Origin: Cyanidioschyzon merolae
Lineage: Eukaryota
DNA length: 64,000 nucleotides
Direction: 5' to 3' (one strand)
NCBI GenBank assembly: GCA_000091205.1
Contig: AP006498.2
Under the pieces are notes generated by a model. The model did no database searches. It was not told the DNA's origin and was given only the letters and a program-made list of their open reading frames with translations. Positions 33,649 through 45,604 of this stretch are shown here, in pieces (within the stretch, counting starts at the first letter, position 1; every line of letters begins with the position of its first letter). A program made the position numbers and the translations under genes.

Positions 33649-35151
33649 TTTCGATGGAGGATGCGCGTTCGTGAGCCAGGTCTTTTTTGCGGGACTATGT
33701 CCCAGTGTAATGTGCGCCACACGAAGAACCTGTTGAGAAACAGAGACGCCTTTGGTAGCCTCTATCGTCGCTTATGCTTCTCGTATGGTGATTATCGGGT
33801 CGTTTTCTACCATTGACCACGAGCAAGCTTTGAGAGCATCGGGTTGTTGGTGCGGAGCGAATATTCTTGTTTCTTACAGTGTTCCTCAACCATCTGAATA
33901 CTGTGGTATGAATGACATGAATGATGAATGCCGTCCTCCTTGCGCGGTTCAATGAAGAAGATAAATCCTGCAGGCAATTTGTCTTCGATTTATGCAGTAC
34001 CTTGCATCGTGATTTCCACCGCCTAACATACACTACAGCGGGGGTGAAACAAAATTGAGGTGAAACAGTATAACAAGCTCTTGCAGACGGTTTCTCTGTA
34101 CTTGTCACGTCCAATCATAGATTCGGTACGGAAGACGGATCCCTCTCTCTTTGCAGCGATCTACGAAGCGGCATTCGAAAGGAGCAGCTCGAAACTGCTC
34201 CCGGGATCCGGCCCCAGGGGCTGCAGTCTCTTCTGACTGCATGAGAAACAGTCTCGAACTCGGACTAGAGTCAACGTTGCGATCGCTCCTAGTACAGACA
34301 ACGACAACACTTTGCAAAAATATCCGCATAGATGGATCGAAATTTCTCGACCTGCTCGTCAGTCTGGATTATCCTTTCGGTCTCTGTTTCACCATGAGCA
34401 GCATCGCATTCCGCTGATTTTCTGCGGTACAGAACTGCGTGTTCTCGCTTCTGCAATGGACAGCGTTGTCCTCGAGGACATCGCACATAAAAAACCTTTC
34501 AAGATAGCGTACGGTACTGAGAGGAGATAAGGAAGGCGTATATCATCGGGGCGCCTTCTGCTCCCGTCAGGATCACGTGCCGAGCGATAGGGGAAGTCTT
34601 CATGCGACACGGGGCGGCGCTCGTAGAAGACTCTATATTGAACATATGGGAACACCTGACCACAGTGACGCGTCACCGCTGCCACGGGCGTACCGAGGCT
34701 GCGTCCAAACAAGATGAAAAGTGCGACGCAAGGCTAGATCGCATGTTCAGCTTGTGCATGAAACGCACCGACAACAGCTGGAGGCAGCGTCATCGGGACG
34801 CAAGCTGCTATCAACCTCCTTCCACGGATGATAATCGCACCTGAGGGAATGGAGACACCGGCGCATGCAGAGCTACAGATAAGACAGGAGGAAAGGAGGA
34901 ATTCGCAGAAAACCCCCATGAAAGCTAGAATTGATAACAGCGGGAACAGGCCCAAACTTGAGTTTGTCAGCACGATATAGCAAAGTCGACTCGTTCCATG
35001 CTATACGAACATGGGTGTAAGAGCAGATCAAATCTGCACTTGCTGTTGCAGATGCTTCGTATGCCACAGTGCAGCGCGCGCAGCGATTTGCTCTCTTTCT
35101 CGCTGCCATACGGGATACGCGCCTTGCTAGATAGCCTAGACGTCGAAGCAG

Positions 35152-36393
35152 ATGCCTACCAACCGCAAGGCAGCGGCGGGAAGCGGTCACGCCAGACAAA
35201 ACGCAACCGGTGTGGTTGCCACGAAAACACCCGAGCCACGAACGGCGCTGATCACAGGCGGCTCCGGGTTTCTCGGACGGCATCTCGTGGAGCTGCTGGT
35301 AGAGAGGGGCTACAACGTCATCGTTGTCGACCTGAAGCTCTTTCCTTTCACGGAGTATTCGGAAAGCGAGCTAGTTAAAAGTTTGCGCTCTCAAGTTCGT
35401 GACATAAGCGTAGATATAGGCAACTATGACGCGCTCTGGGAAGCGTTGCGAAGCGTTCCCCGAATCGATGCTGTGTTTCACTGTGCAACGGCGTCGCCGA
35501 CGGCCGCGAACGCTGCGAACCGCAAGCTGATGGAATACGTTAATATAGAAGGTACGAAACAAGTCATCCGATTCTGTCTCGAACGAGGTATTCGGTATCT
35601 GGTGTACACGTCCTCTGCTTCGGTTGTTTTCGCCGGACTCGACCTCATCGACGTTGACGAGGAGTCTGCCCCGCTTGCTAAGAAGGATATCGACTTTTAT
35701 ACGTACACGAAGAGGGTAGCAGAGCAGCTGGTTTTGCAGACAGCGAGCTCATCGTCTACGGATCCTGCCCGACGAGTACTGTATGCAGTTGCGCTCCGAC
35801 CATCGGGCATTTTCGGCGAATATGACCCCCTCTTTATACCGACGCTAGTGAGTAGGGCACGACAGGGTCGCATGAAATATATCATTGGCTCTGGGCGAAA
35901 TGCTATGGACTGGACCTACGTGAAGAACGTTGCCGAAGCGCACTATCTTGCTGCAGAGGCGTTGCAGGAAAGTGACAAGCGTGCCAAACAATTGACTGGT
36001 AAGGCCTACTTCATAACCAATGGGGACCCACGCTCTTTCTGGGGGTTTCTGGGGTCCATCCTGCAAGGTCTGGGATACCCGCCTCCACGGCATCGTTTGC
36101 CGTTCGCTCTGGTCTACTCCATTGCATGGCTCGTGGTGCTCATTGATGCGGTCGCGCGTTTACTAGGGCGTTCACTTTCAACGGATTTCACCCCAGGACG
36201 TGTTCTGCTCGCAACCTGCGAGCGTCGGGTAAGTTGTGCAGCCGCGAGGCGAGACTTGGGTTACAATCCGCGATTTTCGATCGAGGATGGCCTAGAGCGA
36301 ACGCTTCGATGGTTTCGCTCTCGGGGACTGGCAGCACAAACCGAGGCACCTATGGTTCAATCGGTACCGAAACCAGTAGCCACTACCACGTGA
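35152..36393 (+). CDS. Sterol-4-alpha-carboxylate 3-dehydrogenase (NSDHL/ERG26-like, 3beta-HSD family)
   Basis: Colinear with human NSDHL along the whole length: ALITGGSGFLGRHLVELLVERGYNVIVVD (GxxGxxG), catalytic YTYTK, IFGEYDPLFIPTLVSRARQGRMKYIIGSGRNAMDWTYVKNVAEAHYLAAEAL, GKAYFITNGDP..FWGFLG. Genuine ATG start; TGA stop. Confidence 0.85.
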   Translation: MPTNRKAAAGSGHARQNATGVVATKTPEPRTALITGGSGFLGRHLVELLVERGYNVIVVDLKLFPFTEYSESELVKSLRSQVRDISVDIGNYDALWEALRSVPRIDAVFHCATASPTAANAANRKLMEYVNIEGTKQVIRFCLERGIRYLVYTSSASVVFAGLDLIDVDEESAPLAKKDIDFYTYTKRVAEQLVLQTASSSSTDPARRVLYAVALRPSGIFGEYDPLFIPTLVSRARQGRMKYIIGSGRNAMDWTYVKNVAEAHYLAAEALQESDKRAKQLTGKAYFITNGDPRSFWGFLGSILQGLGYPPPRHRLPFALVYSIAWLVVLIDAVARLLGRSLSTDFTPGRVLLATCERRVSCAAARRDLGYNPRFSIEDGLERTLRWFRSRGLAAQTEAPMVQSVPKPVATTT

Positions 36394-38838
36394 GGTTTTG
36401 GGAATGAGCATTGACCATTTGATCATTCCATTTGGATGCTGCTGCGGAAATCAAGCAGTTTCGAACGTACTCGAAGCACTTCCTGATTCGTACTCGTACC
36501 GATAAATTTTGGACCGCCGCTACAAGACGATCGACGCCTTGAGCTCGGATCGCGCTGTTGCGTTGCTTTGCGTGGAAGTATGCAAAGCCGCCGGGATGTT
36601 TCCTGGGGCGAAAAGCGTCTTTATTGGGAACGCGCTAGGTATGCCGTGTGTTGGTCGAAGCATTCGTCGAATCTATTCACCTGTACATCGCAGCATCGCG
36701 CTTTGGTTTCATATTACGGTCTTGGTGCACTTCGGGATTTTCTACCGGGTTACTTTGGGCATGGCATTCTCGTTGACGGTCTGTATATGCAGCATATGGC
36801 ACCTGGTTCCAATTGGACTCGAGGCCCATGGCGAAGGCGCACGGACACATTCCGGAGTATGATGAGGCATCGCCGGTGCACTCAACTGCTGGTGACCTTC
36901 AGGAGGATCCACAGGTGCCCTCATTGAGATGAAAACGTTCGTCGACTTGAAGAACATCATTGAGCAGCGGCGTTTTCCGAATGGTTTCAATCTATGCCAA
37001 CAACTGCAATCGAGACGGTCACTGATTTGAAGCGGTGCCATCGAGGCGACAAGAGCCAAAGACCGCTGGTCGACGGTGCGAATCGATATCCGTGTAGATG
37101 CCGGCAGCGTTCAGCGTCGCCCAAGAGCACCTGCAACCAGACTGACCGGTGTATCCGTTCGGCGGGAGAATTTGCCCGCTTCACTACGACCGGTCAGGTC
37201 GCTGGACGGTAACCTGTGTTCGGTCTATGCTCCCACTGTCGCAGCTGGCAGAATGGGTGCATCTGCGCCCCCTCGGATTGCTGCGGGGCGTCGGCGCTGG
37301 CTTCGTCCATCTTTTGCAGGATATCTGCGGGCGCATCAGGGTGCTTCGCACGTGCGCCGCTCTTTACGGGCAGGCCCAGATGTGGCTTCTCCTGCGCGGT
37401 CTTCTGAGCCATCACGCGTCGATGTGGTCCTTTCCAGCTTACAAGACTGCTTCGTGGATGCGTCTGCAACGCGAGGAAATCCCCGGTTCCCGTTCTGCAC
37501 GACACGTCTCACGACGAACTGAACAAATTGTTCACGCTGGTCAGCGCCGGTAAGCGAACGAACGACTTGGCGCAGGCCTGGTGTCACAGTGCGCTCACTC
37601 CAGAGAATATCCGCGAGTCCGGTCGCAATATCCATCGCCATCAAGTAGTTTCGATTCGCATTCATTGGATCATCGAGATCTTCCGATTCTTGATGGTCCA
37701 GATTCATTGGCCTCGCGGAGCTTTCAGCCACCAAGTCCGTCGTTTGCGCTGCCCTAGGGCAAGCGCTTTGCGAATGACCGCGTTTTACAGCCGAATGTAG
37801 TAGCCCTGAAGCAGGCGAGGGTCTGCTTGGGGAAGGCTCGTGGTTCATCTGGGATTGTCTTCTTGCTTCGTAACTGCCTGAAAGAAAGCTGAGGTCTCGC
37901 TTCACGGCTTTTCCGAGACTCTGGCGCGTAGAAATTTCCAGGGGATTGAAACCACGAAAGAAAGTCTCTGTTCCGTGATACTTGCACCGACGGACAGCGT
38001 GCCGCAGCACGCATGTATGGCGACACGGATGCCACCTGGGACACGTGTACGACCTGGGACGCTGATGCGCACGATGCGCCCTCACTTGAACTGTCCGTGA
38101 CATGCTTGCACGCAATCGCCAGCGCAGATATTGTTCTCTTCAAGGGGTATACTAACTGCATCTGGCAAGGTGTTGCGGATACATGATTGCTGCTGCTGGT
38201 GATCTGGAACGAAACCTCACTTGTTGCGCAGAAGCACCGACTTTTCGCTTGCTTTATACCGGGCTTACCCACGAGACCACAGGCCCGATTGATCTTGCTG
38301 CCCTGCGGGGGTATGGTGTCAGTCGCAGGTGTCGAACGGAGACACGACGCTGTTTTGCTGCTTTGACGGGCGTCGGCTCGATGCGTGCATGACGCGACAC
38401 GCAACATTGACGTGTGCGGGCATCTGCGGCCGTATGGGCGCTTCTTCTTGTACGACTTGCCGTCAGCGCCCTGACTAGGCCTCGGGAACGACCACGGTGC
38501 TCGGATGACCCCGACTACGAGACCATCCGGTGCATCTACTTCACCGCATCTGCTAGGTGATAGACGACAACCTTCGCTCTGGCGCCGTTCCAGTCCAAGG
38601 GCGTCTGCGGGCTGCAAGCCAGTGGATGTATTGGGCGCCAGCGGCGGAATGCGCAACTCGAACGCTATGCTGCCTCCACTGTCGAGAAGGAAATGAGGCA
38701 CCACGTCGCTTGTGCATGCTCACGTGAGTACCGTGAACCATCCAAGAGCCAGAAGACGCGCGCTGGACACGCTGCCAGCACGGAATGCATCACATGATAT
38801 TCAGTAAGGTGATCTGTGAAACGAAAAATGTTCTACGA

Positions 38839-39353
38839 TCATTTAGGGTACATTGATATCCGGCCGCAGATGCCACCCGGCCTTTTTTGACCGGCCGACT
38901 CCTACCGGGTTCATTTTCCCCTTGTACATTTCGACTCTGAGACGCTTCCCCACGATTTTGGATCTCGTCAGCTCCTCGGGTCTCGCCTTCGGCACCACAC
39001 ATCGTCTGATACTGATGGCGGCGTTGAAGTCCCGGTTCACGAACTCCATGCGTTTATTGCCCCGGGTTTAACTCACGAGTGCGAGGATTCATCGAACACG
39101 TGCCCTCAGTGCGACTACAGTCTCTTCTTCGCCTAGTCGGGGAAGCACTTTTTCTCGCGTACCTACCCTCGTTTTCTTCTTCCTGTTCGTCATTTGCTCT
39201 TCTTCGCTCGATAGTCGTCAAGCAGGGCATTTTTCGTTTCGCTTTTGTCGAACCCGGCGATGGCGGGCCTCCAGGATACCCCGGCTACCATATCCATAAC
39301 TTTTCCGTAGATTTTTTAAAAGTAAGCACACTTCGAACCTGTCAGCTATACAC
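38839..39353 (-). mobile_element. Internally deleted (~0.5 kb) derivative B of the TnpB/Fanzor-like element
   Basis: RE-proximal block catttagggtacattg...gcagatgccaccc and LE-proximal block ...ccatatccataacttttcc...cagctatacac. Encodes MEFVNRDFNAAISIRRCVVPKARPEELTRSK (RuvC-III motif; ORF 38843-39049). A TGA lies at the position where the full-length copy has GGA. Confidence 0.6.
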
Positions 39354-41189
39354 CGCGAAGAAGCACTTGATGACACGCACCTGGCAGAGGAACGCAATAC
39401 GGGCGAAGGACGATGATCACGGCTGTGCAACTGTGCTTGCTTGGTGCACTTCTGTGTGCACTGGGAGCGTTTGCGAGACCAGAGGACAAGCGTTGAACCC
39501 GTCGATTCTACTCCGGCAAAACAACCAGCACATGTGTTCCGAATCATCGGATTCCGTTCGTGGCTACCGAGTTATTCTGCGCGATGTTCGGGCGGCTGGA
39601 GCGACTAGACGACATCGCCTTTTGCTGGGTGTCTGCTTCCAGCATGGAGCATCCCGGGGCTCAACGTACCGTTCAGCGAATAGATGCGCGCGCCGCAGAG
39701 CTTCCATATGCTACTGGTGACTCGGCAGTTGCGTGACGATGCTTTAATGCTTCAAAGATCCGTATCTTGCATGCCGACTCGCATCTATTGTCGCTGAATG
39801 GTCCAGCGAAGAGGACGTAGCGAACAGGTCCCTCAGCATCGACAAATTCGACTTCGCACAGTGCGGAGTATTTCTCAGTGCTGAACTTTGTCCCTGGTGC
39901 TGCTGTTATCGACTGGACGACCATAATTTCCTCCGCCCGAGGGCGACGCAGCATTAGAAATCCTTTTTCCATGCCCAGACCAGAACAAATAGCGAAATCG
40001 ACACTTGTCAGCGTTTCAGGCGCATGAACCTGCATGGGTCTTACTCGCTTTCAAAGCGGTTTCATTGAAATCTAGAACGCCATTGCTGGAGTAATGCCAG
40101 CCGAATTATTTGAAGAAAAAAAGAAACCCCGCGCAAGCAAAGCTTTCTCTTCGCTAGAACTGGTCGGGAAAGAGACGTGACACGCGGTGCGAAACCAGGA
40201 AACACTTTTTGATGATGTAATCATTGGTGCAGTTGTCCCGTCTCCTCAAATGATGGTGCGACCTCCGACCTTCGAAAGCTCAGAAGCGCCGGACAGTCTC
40301 TAATTCATTGCCCGATTCAGTTCACCTATCGATCAGGAGTGTTCCACTGCTCCAAAGCATTCGGCCCGAACGGCACTCGACGGATGCAGCCGTTGCTTAA
40401 GAACTTGAGTGCGCCGAACTGGACGATACGTTGCTCCACCCGCGTCACTTGAAAAGGCACACTGAACTGCTCGGTCACTTCGCGCTCCACGATCTTTCCC
40501 GAACTTTTTTTTATTGATGCACAACCTCGATGTTCGAAGTGCGGCAATATGGGGCTGAGGATCCGTACGTAGCCTTAGCATTCTCGGTCGTCTTTTTGGA
40601 GTGGCTTCTTCGGCTCTACGCCGCTCAATTTCGTTCTGTCATCGATTCCAAGGTGTTTCGGGATGCAGTCGACCAAAAGGTTCATGACATGACCGACGCC
40701 ATCATCGAATCCATAGGTACAAGCCTCCATTCTTCTCCTCTTGCATACGTTGATCATGCGCAAATCACGCATTCTTCACGTTTTCAACCCGTGTGTCTCA
40801 AGGCAAGTCGTGAATGCAGCGATTCGTGCCTCTGGGTTGATGACGAGAAATACTCGACGTCATTGCTTGACAACTTCATCTCAAGCTCATGAAGAAACTT
40901 CACTGGACTTGTCACGTCACGTAATCGATTCCGTTCGAAAGACAACTACGCATCTCTTTGTGTCCATTGACCGCATAACACGCGAAGCCGGACTGATACT
41001 TCTCGCTGTATATGTCCCGAGACGCTCCCGACTCTTCTGTCTGTATGGAAAGGGGTCTTGGACTCGGATTCTCGTCATTGCAGCGATCGCGTCTATTAGG
41101 ACGTGTGTAACCAGGTTGCACGAAGAGATCGTAAACGGATCAGGAGTTCTCGACTTGATTTTCGCACTGGATTTTCCATTTACTACTTG

Positions 41190-41560
41190 TTCTATCAAGG
41201 ACACTATCGCATTCCGTAAATTCTCTATTGAATGAAATCGCGTCCGCTTGCAACTGCAGCCGACAGCGTACTCGCCCCCGGGGCCATCCAGAACATTGCC
41301 GTGATCGTAGAACACGACATCGGAAGCAGAAACGGAAAAGCGCAGCGACGCAGGCCTGCTCCTCCTGTCCATAGCAACCATCGAGCGATGGAGGATGCGT
41401 TCACGCGCCACAGGGCGGCACTGGGCGATACCGGTGTCGTCGATGTATCCGAAAGCCTGACCATAGCAGACCGCCGCCGTTTCGAATGCAACACCGTGGC
41501 TGTACACAAATACGATAGATGTGGCAAGCGATTCGTAGATCGCATCAACCGCCTGTGGAT
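41190..41560 (-). repeat. Diverged dispersed repeat, copy 2 (pairs with 22584-22950)
   Basis: See the 22584-22950 feature for the peptide-level alignment. Embedded in ORF 40917-41594 (225 aa, no recognisable domain). Confidence 0.35.
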
Positions 41561-41930
41561 AAAATGCATCGTCAAGTGTCGAAAGCGACGACACTGACTC
41601 CTGAGTGCTGTCATCAACATCCCTGGACTACCGACAGCGGCCATTGATAGAAAGTCGAGACCAGCGCATTTTACGCCAGACCCGAAAGAGCGAGACATCG
41701 AGAGAAAGGAAGCAGTCGGAGAAGTAGCCAACCAAGGCTGGTGTCACGAACAGTGACCACAACTAGAACTTGATCGTCTTCGCCCAAGTAATGTCAGTAG
41801 ATCGCTTCCATTCGGCACCGATACGGCTGTACCCAGGTGCAGTGCCGTCGCGTGCGTAACGGCACCTGCGGCATCGCACGAGCGCTGAGGCGTCCAATCA
41901 ACGTCCAGCTGAGTACCAAATGCACGGCTA

Positions 41931-44900
41931 GTGCACTGTTTCCAGTCAAGGTCGGAGGTATTTCTCGCTGCAGTGTCCATGGTGGACCGCCCCGCAGTAC
42001 AACGGGAAAAGAGCAGCCCTGGAAACCTGGCAAGTCTGCTGAGCTCACCAGGTGGCAGCAGGTTGCAGCGCGGTGGGCAGCTCTGCAGCTCTGGCGACGC
42101 TAACCCTCTGCTGCGAACAGAGCGCGTCGGTGTGGACGTAGATGTTGACCTCAACACGGTTCGAGATAGAAAGCGTCTGGAGCGTGAGGCGTACTCTCAG
42201 GCGGACATCACGGACTCGGGCCTGGCCAGAAACTACAGTTTGCAAAGTCTCATTCGCTCCCCTGAGGAGATCGAGTCCATCGATCTCAATGCGCCTTTCG
42301 TAGAAGAGTATCTATTGAACTGCATCCAGCAAGTTCAAGCTGAGTTGAACGAAATCCGAGAAGCAAGAACCTCGCTTTTGCGCACGGAAGAGACCTCCGC
42401 CCAGTTGACTGGGGGCGTGGACGGCGCTGTGAAACCTCGACGGCTCTTCATTGTGTCGCACCGTTTGCCCGTACAGGTCCATTTTTCACCGGTACAAAAC
42501 AAAAACAAACCCAAAATCTTGCTGAACTCCAGCGGGCTTTTTGCATCGCTGCGTCATCTGCGAAAGGAATATACGATTCGATGGATCGGGCAACTCATGC
42601 AGATACAACAGCTCAGCGCTGAGCAGCAGGACATTACGCGGCGTATCCTTCTAGCTGAGCATGGGTTCATACCTCTCTTCATTGACGCAAAATTGTGCCG
42701 AATGCATCAAATCTTTTGCAATAGCGTTTTATGGCGCATATTTCATTACATTCCAGTTGGCGTGGAAGGGGAGCGGGCGTTCTGTTCAGAGCTCTGGAGC
42801 GCATACTGTCGAGTGAACGCACTGTACGCCGAGGCAATCTCTCGGGAGAGCCAGCCTGGTGATCTCATCTGGGTCCATGACTTTCAGCTCATGCTGGTAC
42901 CACAGCTGTTGCGCTCGCGTCAGGCTGATGCTCGCATTGGATTCTTCCTGCATACACCGTTTCCGTCCAGTGAGATCTACCGGATGTTGCCGGTACGCAG
43001 GCCGCTTCTCGAGGGGATGCTTGCTTCGGATCTGATCGGCTTCCATACCTATGACTATGCTCGTCATTTTTTCAGTGTCTGCTCGCGACTTTTGGGATTG
43101 GAAACCAGACCTAACGGCATCGACAATCGCGGGGCAGAGGTTCACGTCGGAATCTACCCGTTCAGCATTGACAGTACGAGCTTCATCGCCGCTTCACGAA
43201 GCAGAGCGGTACAGGAGCGCAAGCGTCGGTTGCTTGAGGGCCCTTTCGCTGGAAAAACGGTCCTTCTGGGTGTTGATCGCCTCGATTACATCAAGGGGAT
43301 ACCACACAAAATGTTAGCTTTTGAGCAACTACTCGAATCGCATCCAGAATGGATCGGGAGGGCCGTGCTGCTGCAGGTGGTGGTCCCGTCGGCTCCGGAC
43401 CTGAGCTTGGACGCTGTCGATGAACGCGCGAGTAGTGATTATCTGGCGCTTCGAGCGGAGGTAGAAGAACTCGCGGGCCGCATTAATGGACGCTTTGGAA
43501 CGGTCGAAGACTTACCCATCATGGTTCGCATCATGGAGCCGGATCTGGAGGATCTCGTTGTCCTGTATTCGATCGCGGATGTTGCTGTGATTACGAGTCT
43601 TCGCGAAGGTATGGGTCTCATGTCGTATGAATTCGCCGTTTGTCAAGGTGAGAAACGCGGCGTGCTTGTGATGAGCGAGTTCTGCGGCGCAGCGCATTCG
43701 CTACCCGGCGCTGTACTCTGCAATCCGTGGAGCATTGATGAGGTTGCAGAAACGCTTCATCGGGCCATGGCGCTCTCAAAAATGGAACGAGAACTGCGGT
43801 ATCAGAAACTCTCGAAATACGTGCAGATGCACACTGCGGATCGATGGGCTGAAAACATCATTACGGACTTGGTGAAAACGACGGAAACTCGGCGGCAATA
43901 TCGACGGCTTGATTACGAGCAGCTTTCAGCCAGTTTCCGTGCTGCTCGCCGGCGACTGCTGCTGCTCGACTATGATGGCACGCTGTCGGCGTATCACTCG
44001 CATCCGGAGCTCGCTAAACCGGAGGCACGCGTACAGCGGCTGCTGCGACAGCTCGTTATCCAGCACCCGAAGACGCTTGTCTTTGTTATCAGCGGGCGAG
44101 AGAGGGCCACCCTGGATCGCTGGCTGGCCGCAACCGGTTGCGGCCTCGTTGCAGAACAGGGCTATGCTTTTTGCTGGCCAGATGATGCCTTTGCGGCGCT
44201 AGACAGTGGCAGCGGCAGCGGCAGCGGCAGCGGCAGCGCCCCCGAGCGACTTGATCCACGGATGAGACCAGCGGCCGTCAAGGCCGTGGCGCACGACACC
44301 GCCCCAGCCTTGCGGAGCCCAGTCGATAAGACGGCTCTATTGGAGCCTCGTTCTGGAACTGGAGCAGTCGGTGCTTACGGACCTGCGAGAGCAACGCCTC
44401 TATCCCGTATGTGGACGCAACCGCTCTTCGACCACGATCCCGAGGTGCTTAGTCGCGCTTTGCACACCGCGATCGACATCATGCTGCGTTTCGAAGACCA
44501 TACACCGGGATCTTTTACTCAGATCAAAGAAAGCTCTGCAACCTGGCATTACTCGGAAGCGGATCCGGACTTTGCATATTTCCAAGCGCAAGAGCTACGC
44601 GCACACTTGGAAGAATCGTTGATGCATACACCACTAGAGGTACTCAGCGGCAAGAATATTGTTTACGTGCATCCGCGGGGTATTCACAAGGGCAACGCCG
44701 TGCGATATATTCTACAGCAACTCAAAATAGAGGAGCCAGACTGGATCCTTTGCATGGGCGATGATAAGAGTGACGAGCGCATGTTCGAAGCATGCATGGA
44801 GTATGTCGGTGTCCGAGAAACGAATCCGAAAACGAGTCCCAAGCTGGTCGACGAGCCGAGGGCGCAGAGGCACGTCACCCTCTTCACTTGCACTATTGGA

Positions 44901-45032
44901 CGCAAGAATAGTCTCGCAGATGCCTTTGTCGAGCGGGTTGATGATGTATTAGAGTGTCTGGAAAGTCTACTCGATGCGTCCGCGATGGATTCAATGGTTA
45001 CAGTAGCACCGAGCGCTGACTCGGGGAAATGA
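41931..45032 (+). CDS. Bifunctional class-II trehalose-6-phosphate synthase / trehalose-phosphatase (TPS-TPP)
   Basis: GT20 synthase domain (VSHRLP, LWVHDFQLMLVPQLLR, GFFLHTPFPSSEIYR, GFHTYDYARHF, LGVDRLDYIKGI). C-terminal HAD phosphatase domain with LLLDYDGTLS and CMGDDKSDE. In-frame (GGCAGC)n microsatellite encodes GSGSGSGSGS. Listed start is GTG; first ATG at 41979. Stop TGA. Confidence 0.9.
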   Translation: MHCFQSRSEVFLAAVSMVDRPAVQREKSSPGNLASLLSSPGGSRLQRGGQLCSSGDANPLLRTERVGVDVDVDLNTVRDRKRLEREAYSQADITDSGLARNYSLQSLIRSPEEIESIDLNAPFVEEYLLNCIQQVQAELNEIREARTSLLRTEETSAQLTGGVDGAVKPRRLFIVSHRLPVQVHFSPVQNKNKPKILLNSSGLFASLRHLRKEYTIRWIGQLMQIQQLSAEQQDITRRILLAEHGFIPLFIDAKLCRMHQIFCNSVLWRIFHYIPVGVEGERAFCSELWSAYCRVNALYAEAISRESQPGDLIWVHDFQLMLVPQLLRSRQADARIGFFLHTPFPSSEIYRMLPVRRPLLEGMLASDLIGFHTYDYARHFFSVCSRLLGLETRPNGIDNRGAEVHVGIYPFSIDSTSFIAASRSRAVQERKRRLLEGPFAGKTVLLGVDRLDYIKGIPHKMLAFEQLLESHPEWIGRAVLLQVVVPSAPDLSLDAVDERASSDYLALRAEVEELAGRINGRFGTVEDLPIMVRIMEPDLEDLVVLYSIADVAVITSLREGMGLMSYEFAVCQGEKRGVLVMSEFCGAAHSLPGAVLCNPWSIDEVAETLHRAMALSKMERELRYQKLSKYVQMHTADRWAENIITDLVKTTETRRQYRRLDYEQLSASFRAARRRLLLLDYDGTLSAYHSHPELAKPEARVQRLLRQLVIQHPKTLVFVISGRERATLDRWLAATGCGLVAEQGYAFCWPDDAFAALDSGSGSGSGSGSAPERLDPRMRPAAVKAVAHDTAPALRSPVDKTALLEPRSGTGAVGAYGPARATPLSRMWTQPLFDHDPEVLSRALHTAIDIMLRFEDHTPGSFTQIKESSATWHYSEADPDFAYFQAQELRAHLEESLMHTPLEVLSGKNIVYVHPRGIHKGNAVRYILQQLKIEEPDWILCMGDDKSDERMFEACMEYVGVRETNPKTSPKLVDEPRAQRHVTLFTCTIGRKNSLADAFVERVDDVLECLESLLDASAMDSMVTVAPSADSGK
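44207..44238. repeat. (GGCAGC)n microsatellite, in frame within the TPS gene (GS dipeptide repeat)
   Basis: ggcagcggcagcggcagcggcagcggcagcgc encoding GSGSGSGSGS between the synthase and phosphatase domains. Confidence 0.9.
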
Positions 45033-45582
45033 GCTCGCGTATTACGCTTGGACGGAGCGCGAAGCAACCGCAGCGCTTTTGTTGTATAGCAGCGCGCGGT
45101 GCTCGATACCCGGGTGATGGGCTTGTGCGCCGAAGATGTGCTTTTTCATCGAGAATTTGAAATCAAAGCACGACACGATGTTCACGTTCGCATCTTCGCT
45201 GCCGCCGTGCGCATGCCAACGTCATCGAGTTCGGGAATGGAATCGCATGCCTTCGAGCGCATGAGCATGAACCGGTAACGACATGACTTTTTGGGGTGTG
45301 GTCGATGCTCGCACCTCAAGACGAGGCCGGTCTCCTGAACGTTATTCGCTGACGTCTGCTTGGCCTTGTGGATGTTGCGTGTTTCAAGCGGGATCAAGGA
45401 AGCCTCGGACAATGACATGGCGTTGTACATACTGCGTGTCTTATGCGAATACCTGAGACTCTCTGCATAGTTCATCACCTGAGATTCATGAAGCGCTCTC
45501 GGTACTAGCGTCGGATGGTCCGGTGCTGCGATGGCTCGCCAAAATCCGATAAAAGACGAGATCCAGGATCAGTTCACGTGCT

Positions 45583-45604
45583 AGTCTGTCTGTCTGTCTG
45601 TCTG
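45583..45604. repeat. (GTCT)n microsatellite
   Basis: gtctgtctgtctgtctgtctgg. Confidence 0.85.

Noticed and set aside
37336-38704. Two long overlapping minus-strand ORFs (259 and 316 aa) in the 36.4-38.8 kb intergenic region
   Set aside because: Different frames overlapping each other, R/S/P/A-rich low complexity, no motifs. A real gene cannot be excluded, but there is nothing to support a call.
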